Both the position numbers and the translations under genes were made by a program. Shown piece by piece: positions 25,969 through 32,000 of a stretch of DNA of 32,000 nt; position 1 is the first letter of the stretch, and each line of letters starts with the position of its first letter. The stretch lies in the sequence record MK605244.1; one strand, written 5' to 3'. A model generated the notes under the pieces. The model had not been told where the DNA came from and made no database searches. It saw only the letters and a list, made by a program, of their open reading frames with translations. Origin of the DNA: Nodularia phage vB_NspS-kac65v162.

Positions 25969-26125
25969 TTATTCATCACCTCCTAAAAGAATTATACGTT
26001 ATATTTAACTAAGGTCAATACGAAAGATAAACTTTCTGTGGCTAAAGCCATACAAAGGTTGCACAGTGGCTAAAGCCACAAATCGCCTACATCCCCATGT
26101 CTAAAGCCAGGGGCTTTGGCTCGTT
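24737..26125 (-). mobile_element. TnpB-only IS200/IS605-type element, copy 3 (different subtype from element 1)
   Basis: Right end (minus strand) TCCCCACGGCTTCTAGCCGTGGGGA + GTGTCAA. Left end (minus strand) 'GAGCCAAAGCCCCTGGCTTTAGACATGGGGATG' plus two 'GTGGCT-AA-AGCCAC'-type hairpins. Outer boundaries are approximate. Confidence 0.75.
24744..24768 (-). repeat. Right-end hairpin of element 3, 11-bp stem
   Basis: TCCCCACGGCT-AGA-AGCCGTGGGGA. Confidence 0.85.
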
Positions 26126-26147
26126 TTTCGGTAAAGAAATAAAACTT

Positions 26148-26657
26148 ATGAAAGCTAGGACTGCTGTAAATGACGCAGTTAATAAATTAGTGAGTAATGA
26201 CAGTAGCCTTAATCAGTCTGATGTCATGAAGGAAATAATCAGCGCTACGCTGGAACAGCAATATGGTAAGGATTCTTTAGCTTTTAAGCTACACCAAGAG
26301 GCTGCTAAATCACCCAAGTATAAAGATGAGGTCGGATTTGCTTTACTTGCTGGTAGCGATCGCCCCTCACACTTGGCAAAAGCTGCTGAAGCTGCACTGG
26401 ATGCACAGGGTAAGAACTCTCATAGGTTGGTTGAGGATTTGGTTGGATCTGTGACTAAAAACAAAGCTGCACAAGGTCACAGCGACGACTACTATAAAAA
26501 AGACCCTACACACTCCCCCAACACTGAAGCCTTTGCCTATATAATCTCGCTGTATGGTTCTGGATCACCTTTGGCTGTAGAAGTCATGGAGAATCTAACA
26601 CCAGGTGGTTATGGGTTCACTAAGGACATACTGCGGAAGGTAGGCGCTATAAGTTAG
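26148..26657 (+). CDS. Hypothetical protein; possibly phage structural or head-associated
   Basis: The ORF is open from 26097, but those first codons lie in the IS left end; internal ATG at 26148 (MKARTAVNDAVNKL...). 'HSPNTEAFAYIISLYGSG' resembles the terminal segment of minor-head-fused domains (weak). Confidence 0.5.
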   Translation: MKARTAVNDAVNKLVSNDSSLNQSDVMKEIISATLEQQYGKDSLAFKLHQEAAKSPKYKDEVGFALLAGSDRPSHLAKAAEAALDAQGKNSHRLVEDLVGSVTKNKAAQGHSDDYYKKDPTHSPNTEAFAYIISLYGSGSPLAVEVMENLTPGGYGFTKDILRKVGAIS

Positions 26658-26728
26658 CAGGTAGTACAGATTTACTATTGCATTATGTCTGCAATGGTGT
26701 ATAGTGAAAACAGCAGAGGTATTTAACT

Positions 26729-26920
26729 ATGGAAAACTCACTAGAGTATATAAAGGCACAGTATACTGATAAGTTCGGTCAAAGTCTCTCACTTTTCCTG
26801 TATGAGGGTGAAGATGATGAGCTAAAAGAATTACTGCTAGGGTCGATCGCGTCTGGTAAGCCTGTAAATCTGACTGATTTGGAAATTGATGATATGGAAG
26901 ACCTTGGTATTGACATTTAG
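26729..26920 (+). CDS. Small acidic hypothetical protein (63 aa)
   Basis: Complete ORF followed by a terminator. Confidence 0.5.
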   Translation: MENSLEYIKAQYTDKFGQSLSLFLYEGEDDELKELLLGSIASGKPVNLTDLEIDDMEDLGIDI

Positions 26921-26943
26921 CCGGAAATTAATAGCAAAAATAG

Positions 26944-26970
26944 ACCTCCCATAATTAGACTATGGGAGGT
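26944..26970. terminator. Bidirectional terminator between convergent genes
   Basis: ACCTCCCATA-ATTAGAC-TATGGGAGGT with T-rich and A-rich flanks. Confidence 0.85.
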
Positions 26971-26976
26971 TTTAAA

Positions 26977-27330
26977 TTATGCACTCAACTTTTCAAATAC
27001 ATCATCACCTGCACCAAAAATTGATACATACCAACCACCGTCAAGGCTACTTGGGTAAATCGCCACAAATTCACTATCTAAGCTATACTCGCGCACTCTA
27101 GCCGCAAACTTGAGATAACCAGCATAGGTTTTACCGATTTCAATTATTTGTGACAATGGTAAATAAGCGAAATCAGTCACGATATCACCAAGCAAATTAA
27201 ACCCAGGAAACACAACTAGCCCTCGCTCAGACGATCGCTCATAACCGCTTTTGGCGACACTTAGCAAGTAGCCATTACCACGCTGCTTGAGTAGCCGTTG
27301 CATTTTACCACGCTGTTTAGCTTTCCCCAC
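26977..27330 (-). CDS. Hypothetical protein (117 aa)
   Basis: Well-formed ORF with basic N-terminus. Confidence 0.6.
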   Translation of the reverse strand: MGKAKQRGKMQRLLKQRGNGYLLSVAKSGYERSSERGLVVFPGFNLLGDIVTDFAYLPLSQIIEIGKTYAGYLKFAARVREYSLDSEFVAIYPSSLDGGWYVSIFGAGDDVFEKLSA

Positions 27331-27432
27331 TTTCTTAATTCCTTATAATATATCTGTACTATTGGTGTGAGATTATCTTGACAGGCAATCATCCCTAAGC
27401 CGCTTTTCGCATGATTACCAAAGCGATCGTCC

Positions 27433-27669
27433 TTAAGTTGCTTTTCGCTTCGGCTGTGCAGGTACTTGCTGCGGGCGACGTGGTAATGATTGTGGTCGTA
27501 AAGGTTTAGGAGGTGCGACGGGGGCAGCTACAAGTTGGTTGAGAATACTGAAGATACCTTGTCTAGTATTTTCTAACCCACCGTAGCTGTAACGTAATTC
27601 TTCTAGTGCTTTATTAGCTGTTCCAATTGCTGCATACTGCTGTTGGAGTTGATTTAGTTTAGTTGTCAT
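27433..27669 (-). CDS. Hypothetical protein (78 aa)
   Basis: ORF with Pro/Arg-rich basic C-terminal tail. Confidence 0.5.
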   Translation of the reverse strand: MTTKLNQLQQQYAAIGTANKALEELRYSYGGLENTRQGIFSILNQLVAAPVAPPKPLRPQSLPRRPQQVPAQPKRKAT

Positions 27670-27765
27670 AAATGAGATAATTAAAACATCTCAGTTATCT
27701 TACTATAATTTCTTTCTAGTTTGGTGGTTTAGTTAAAATTGTAAATAAACATACAGTAGTTATCT

Positions 27766-28836
27766 ATGTTAGCAGACCTGTTTTTTAGATTAAACAATTA
27801 CAATTGCTCGGTAGTTAATTTCAGTGAGCCAGATTTCCGATCTTTTGGGCAGATAAAGTGCTTGTATCAGCTTGAGTTTAGTGAGGGTGGTTTACTTCTC
27901 AAAGAAATAATTGAGTCTCATTACACTGACGGAATAGACAGCCTAGAAGATGTAGAAATAGATGGTGAGACGGCTACTGGTTATTTCACAGATATTATTT
28001 CCCCAACACTGGTTAAAAGGTTCAAGTTTAAGGTGACTAAAGAGAAGGTCACGTATAGTGCTATAAATACTGAAGAACTTCTCGCAGCTAAAGAAAATGA
28101 TTTTTCTGAGTGGTTAGATTTTGGAGGACAACCAAGACCTAGAAACTGTACCCCTTCTAGTTTACAGTGTGGTGGGGCTTGTTTGCCTATACAAACACCT
28201 TCTGGAGGTACTACGGAATGCCAAAACAATAACTCTGCAAGTGTCGGGGCTAAGGTTGGGGAATTATTTAATAAGTGGAAAGATGTTGCTAGTTCTCCCG
28301 AAGGAATAGCAAAAGCAGCAGGTAGCGTTGGTGGTATAGTTGGTAATGCTGTAGGAGGTACTTTAGGCAAATCAGCAGGTACAGCAGCAGCTAAGTTTGT
28401 AGCTAAAAAGGCTACTGGTCAGACTACAGATATCCAAAGCGAGATAAAAGAGGCACTGCCGTCACTGTCAGGATCTATTATTGGTGAGACATTGGGACAC
28501 ATGGTAGGTGGTAAGGTAGGTGGCTTAATTGGAGGACTTATCGGGTCAGTAGCTTCTGAAGGTATTAAACAAGTTAGTGAGGTGAGAATGAGTAAAAAAT
28601 CTGAGCTTGAGAATGAGCAAGTTTATAAAGATGCAAATAAACTCCAAAAGCTGATACAGTTAGGGAGAGCCACAGCCGCAGGTGTGCAAGGCAAAGCTAA
28701 GGAGTCCACTAAAGGTGGTGCTGTAAGCTGGGCTGTGGGTTCGATTACATCAGCAATCACAGGTAATGATACTCTGGGTGATATTGCTTCAGATTATTTA
28801 CCAGATGAAATAAAGAAGAGGAAAGGCAATCCCTAA
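27766..28836 (+). CDS. Hypothetical protein (356 aa) with Cys-rich CGG motif and glycine-zipper-like C-terminal half
   Basis: 'RNCTPSSLQCGGACLPIQTPSGGTTEC' plus 'GSVGGIVGNAVGGTLGKSAGTAAAKFV...GETLGHMVGGKVGGLIGGLIGSV'. Confidence 0.7.
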   Translation: MLADLFFRLNNYNCSVVNFSEPDFRSFGQIKCLYQLEFSEGGLLLKEIIESHYTDGIDSLEDVEIDGETATGYFTDIISPTLVKRFKFKVTKEKVTYSAINTEELLAAKENDFSEWLDFGGQPRPRNCTPSSLQCGGACLPIQTPSGGTTECQNNNSASVGAKVGELFNKWKDVASSPEGIAKAAGSVGGIVGNAVGGTLGKSAGTAAAKFVAKKATGQTTDIQSEIKEALPSLSGSIIGETLGHMVGGKVGGLIGGLIGSVASEGIKQVSEVRMSKKSELENEQVYKDANKLQKLIQLGRATAAGVQGKAKESTKGGAVSWAVGSITSAITGNDTLGDIASDYLPDEIKKRKGNP

Positions 28837-29048
28837 TGACTAAAGAGCTACAAGAGTTAGAGAAGTCGTTGATTTCTCACCTACAGAAAATGTTGGATAA
28901 TGATACAGATATAAGAGTTAAGAAGTGGGAAAAAGTAGCAGTAGAGGGTAATAAAACAGCAGCAAGCTTCTTTACTGAGGATGATGTACACATGGTAATA
29001 GTCACTCAAAAAGGCAATCCCAAGTTTGAACTGTTGGAAGTTGGTTAG
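28836..29048 (+). CDS. Hypothetical protein (70 aa), translationally coupled
   Basis: TAATG overlap with the previous gene's stop. Confidence 0.6.
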   Translation: MTKELQELEKSLISHLQKMLDNDTDIRVKKWEKVAVEGNKTAASFFTEDDVHMVIVTQKGNPKFELLEVG

Positions 29049-29075
29049 TTGATGAAAATACAGTAATAGTCAGAG

Positions 29076-29104
29076 AACCCACGACATTAAGCCGTGGGTT
29101 TTTC
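29076..29104 (+). terminator. Rho-independent terminator
   Basis: AACCCACG-ACATTAAGC-CGTGGGTT followed by TTTC. Confidence 0.75.
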
Positions 29105-29366
29105 GACGGTAGTATGCGTGATTTATCTCACTACTAGGTTACAATCGAGTAAGTATAGTTAAAATAATTAAAATGACAGCCGCAGAGTTATTTTTAAGCC
29201 TCGCCAAATACACGCAATCCGTATCCGGCTCAGACTTTTCAGAATTATCTCACTTGATCAAACCCGTGTATTTCTATTTTCAGTTCTGTCATTTTTATTG
29301 TCCTCAGTCGTGTATATTATGAAACCAGCACCAAAGAAAGATGCTGGCTATTAGATGTGAAAAAAG

Positions 29367-29570
29367 TTAAATATTGACCAGTAGTGGTTTTTTACTAACA
29401 GCAGCGATCGCCATTGCCTCGGCTAACTTAATCATTGTTTCCTGATGTCCTGTTTCCTGGAATACTGGTAGTGCTGAAAGTTTAAGTAACTTTGGTGCGG
29501 CTCTTTTGCAGATTTGCCAAGATACTTCATTACTGCTCACTTCTAAAAAATAGAACCAAGTCTTGATCAT
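29367..29570 (-). CDS. Hypothetical protein (67 aa)
   Basis: ORF downstream of dnaN on the same strand. Confidence 0.35.
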   Translation of the reverse strand: MIKTWFYFLEVSSNEVSWQICKRAAPKLLKLSALPVFQETGHQETMIKLAEAMAIAAVSKKPLLVNI

Positions 29571-29707
29571 TGTTGGAGTGTTCTTTTACTAGGCTTGCGA
29601 ATTGAGAAAAGCCAGAACAGCTCCAGCCGTAGTTGATATGTCTGTACATTCCCATTTTGTTTTACCTTTTGTGTGCAGTGTTTTGGGTGTGTGAGGAGTG
29701 GTAGCTT

Positions 29708-30856
29708 TTAGCCGTGTACCTTAACTTCCTTTGGGAATATAAGATAAGTCATTTTCAACCCACTTAGAGGAGTTATGGCAACAGCAGTTCTTGAATAGTT
29801 GTAATGTATCTGGGCTTCAGTAGAGTTCATAGCTTTCAGACCTTCTATGAGGTGATCCAGGTCAAAAGTTAAAGTAACATCAGTACCACTAACCTGAGAC
29901 TGTACTCTCTCACCATAAACTCTGCCATACTGTGCTGAGTCTTTGATTTTCAAGTCTAGCTCTTGATAAGTGTAGACTGTTCGTAGTTCTACTAGCTTAC
30001 TACCCTTACCTGAAGTTTGAGATTTTAGCAGGTTGAGTTTATCTAGGAGCGGCTTACGATCAACAGCTAAGAAAATCTCAGTTCGCTTGGGCAATAATTT
30101 CCAGTATTGTGGGTATTCTTCTCTAATCGCACGACTGATGAGTTGGTTATCTCCCCAATCAAACGAGATGTTAAAACCATCGCACTTCACAATCACATCA
30201 ACACCAGAGTTGATAGCTTTATCAGCTAAAAGTTTTCTCAACTCTTCTAAGGCTGTGGCAGGTACTAAGGCTTTAAATGGCGTGTTAGTACCGTAAAGGT
30301 TAAGGAAGCTTACAACGGATAACCTAGCCCCATCTGTAGCAGCTAATTCTAAGCTTTCTTCGGAGATAGTCAGCATAACACCAAGTAAAACTGTTTTGTT
30401 TTTGTCCTTACTTGCTGCAAAGGTTGTACACTGTAAGCCTTCCAATAGCTGCTGCTTGCTAAGAATAGCTGTTGAAGTATCACCAGTTGGTAAGGGTATC
30501 TCTGGGAAATCTTCAGAAGTTAGGCAATCAGTAATGCTGTAGCTACCTGATTCAGACTTTAAGACAACGCCATCTGGTTCTACACTTTCAACTGTTATAT
30601 CGCCTTTTAGTAAGGTAACAGCATCTAGTAATGGCTTTGCAGGGATTGTTATAGATCCCCCGCGTAGCGCTTCAACTTTTAACTTAGTCGTAATGCTGGT
30701 GCTAAGGTCAAAACCAACCAGTGTTATTTCATTTGTAGTCTCATCTGCTTTAATGAGTATATGAGATAGGACTGGGAAGTGTGATCGTTTGTCAGTAGCT
30801 TTCTTTGCTATGGTTACTGCTTTTTTGAGTTCGGACTGTGTACAAGTGAATTTCAT
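29708..30856 (-). CDS. dnaN: DNA polymerase III beta subunit (sliding clamp)-like (382 aa)
   Basis: 'MKFTCTQSELKKAVTIAKKAT...FPVLSHILIKA...NEITLVGFDLSTSITTKL', 'SITIPAKPLLDAV', 'LLGVMLTISEESLELAATDGARLSV', C-terminal 'AVAITPLSGLKMTYLIFPKEV'. Confidence 0.92.
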   Translation of the reverse strand: MKFTCTQSELKKAVTIAKKATDKRSHFPVLSHILIKADETTNEITLVGFDLSTSITTKLKVEALRGGSITIPAKPLLDAVTLLKGDITVESVEPDGVVLKSESGSYSITDCLTSEDFPEIPLPTGDTSTAILSKQQLLEGLQCTTFAASKDKNKTVLLGVMLTISEESLELAATDGARLSVVSFLNLYGTNTPFKALVPATALEELRKLLADKAINSGVDVIVKCDGFNISFDWGDNQLISRAIREEYPQYWKLLPKRTEIFLAVDRKPLLDKLNLLKSQTSGKGSKLVELRTVYTYQELDLKIKDSAQYGRVYGERVQSQVSGTDVTLTFDLDHLIEGLKAMNSTEAQIHYNYSRTAVAITPLSGLKMTYLIFPKEVKVHG

Positions 30857-30938
30857 GGCGTTAAGATTAGTAGTGAATCGTTTCTAATGTAGCTGCTGAG
30901 TGGTGGAATAATTCAGCAGCTTTTTTTAAGTATTGGTG

Positions 30939-31253
30939 TTAGTACCAACCAGGAGTTAGCTGTGATTCTGGGTAAGAAGCTTCACCAGGAACTGTGTCAA
31001 AAAGTGTTGGCACGTAACCATCAGGTCTGACCAGTTTGTAGAAGATTTTGTCATATGTGATCAGCTTAGATTCAACTACAAATTTATTACCTTTGTGTGT
31101 TACTTTATCTCCTGGTTGGTACAGAGCAGAATCAAAATACTCAGAAGCTAGTCTAAAGTGCCTTATTGTTACTTCCTGATCAAGCTTTTGTTTACCTATC
31201 TTATAGTCGGACAAAATACGATCAAGTTCGGCTTGGTATTCTTCTTGTGTCAT
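30939..31253 (-). CDS. Hypothetical protein (104 aa)
   Basis: ORF collinear with dnaN; 'YQPGDKVTHKGNKFVVESKL'. Confidence 0.55.
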   Translation of the reverse strand: MTQEEYQAELDRILSDYKIGKQKLDQEVTIRHFRLASEYFDSALYQPGDKVTHKGNKFVVESKLITYDKIFYKLVRPDGYVPTLFDTVPGEASYPESQLTPGWY

Positions 31254-31359
31254 GGTGCTATTGTGGATATATAACTAATAAATTTGTGAGAGCTAATAGG
31301 TTTGTGCTTACACCTAGTAGCTTTTTGATTGGTTATTTCCTGAGACCATCTCGGAAAGC

Positions 31360-31995
31360 CTACCTTTCCTGCTTAATTTCCTTGCTAAATTGGTGCATTT
31401 CTTTCTGCATACGTGCCACCTCATCAGCCCCATAAAGGTCAATTAGCACATCTTTAAGTGGTCTTTCGACTCTCTTAAAGTACGGCTTCGGTAAACCTTC
31501 CTCTTTACCAATCCAGTCATCGCTATCACTTACAGGAACCCTTACAGGTTGAGACTTTTTATTTTTAACGTGTCTAGGCTTGCGTGTGGTCTGTTTAACC
31601 TGTTCTAAAGTTTCTAACGCTTGTGAGTCTAAGGCATACTCGTCCGAGGATTGTTTTAGGACTAGCCTCTCAGTCTTACTATCAGATACGCTACCGCCAA
31701 GACTTGCAACAATAGCGGCAATAGAGTCATGTATGCTGGGAGCTTCATCAAAGTTTGTAACCTCATCAGGTAGCTCTCTGTATTTGAGAATATTAGCGTC
31801 GCCTGCAAGGTCTCCTACAACATCCTGAACTAAGGTTTTGAAGTCAATATCAAAGTGCGAGTATCTGGTGGCGATGGTAATGTTTTGCAGGTATGTTCTC
31901 TTAGCAATAGTGTAGAAAATCTTCCTGTAATCAGGGTCATCTGTGTGCCATACAAAAGCGTCTTTGTTACCAAAGCTTAAGTGAAGTAGGAGCAT
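31360..31995 (-). CDS. Hypothetical protein (>=211 aa; may extend beyond the window)
   Basis: Long ORF reaching the window end, collinear with dnaN. Confidence 0.6.
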   Translation of the reverse strand: MLLLHLSFGNKDAFVWHTDDPDYRKIFYTIAKRTYLQNITIATRYSHFDIDFKTLVQDVVGDLAGDANILKYRELPDEVTNFDEAPSIHDSIAAIVASLGGSVSDSKTERLVLKQSSDEYALDSQALETLEQVKQTTRKPRHVKNKKSQPVRVPVSDSDDWIGKEEGLPKPYFKRVERPLKDVLIDLYGADEVARMQKEMHQFSKEIKQER

Positions 31996-32000
31996 AGGAG

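Noticed and set aside
27981-28370. Minus-strand ORF of 129 aa
   Set aside because: Antisense to the 27766-28836 gene; Pro/Leu-rich shadow.
29173-29322. Plus-strand 49-aa ORF (MTAAELFLSLAKYTQSVSGSDFSELSHLIKPVYFYF...)
   Set aside because: Short, no clear ribosome-binding site or family; too weak to call.
1-32000. CRISPR arrays and tRNA/rRNA genes
   Set aside because: No regularly spaced direct repeats and no recognisable tRNA or rRNA sequence was seen, although tRNAs could be missed by eye.

Overview
The window looks like part of a large, tailed-phage-type genome (phage, prophage or phage-plasmid) from a cyanobacterial host. At least nine GCGATCGC (HIP1) octamers are visible by eye. Main supported content: (1) the C-terminus of a thymidylate kinase at the left edge; (2) an adenosylcobalamin-dependent (class II, NrdJ-like) ribonucleotide reductase interrupted by a 336-aa intein; (3) a divergent PduO-like cob(I)alamin adenosyltransferase just downstream; (4) a minus-strand protein resembling the alpha-glutamyl/putrescinyl-thymine pyrophosphorylase / HMUDK-helical family linked to hypermodified thymine in phages; (5) a 3312-aa tape-measure protein with internal repeats, plus putative tail genes; (6) SWIM-finger, HU and beta-clamp (DnaN-like) genes; (7) two TnpB-only IS200/IS605-type elements and one ~430 bp element sharing their ends but lacking tnpB. 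The main candidates for something undescribed are the thymine-modification-like gene in a B12-dependent nucleotide module, the TnpB-less element with a possible standalone guide RNA, and the two boundary effects at the third IS element. All homology calls come from motif recognition by eye; no database search was run.
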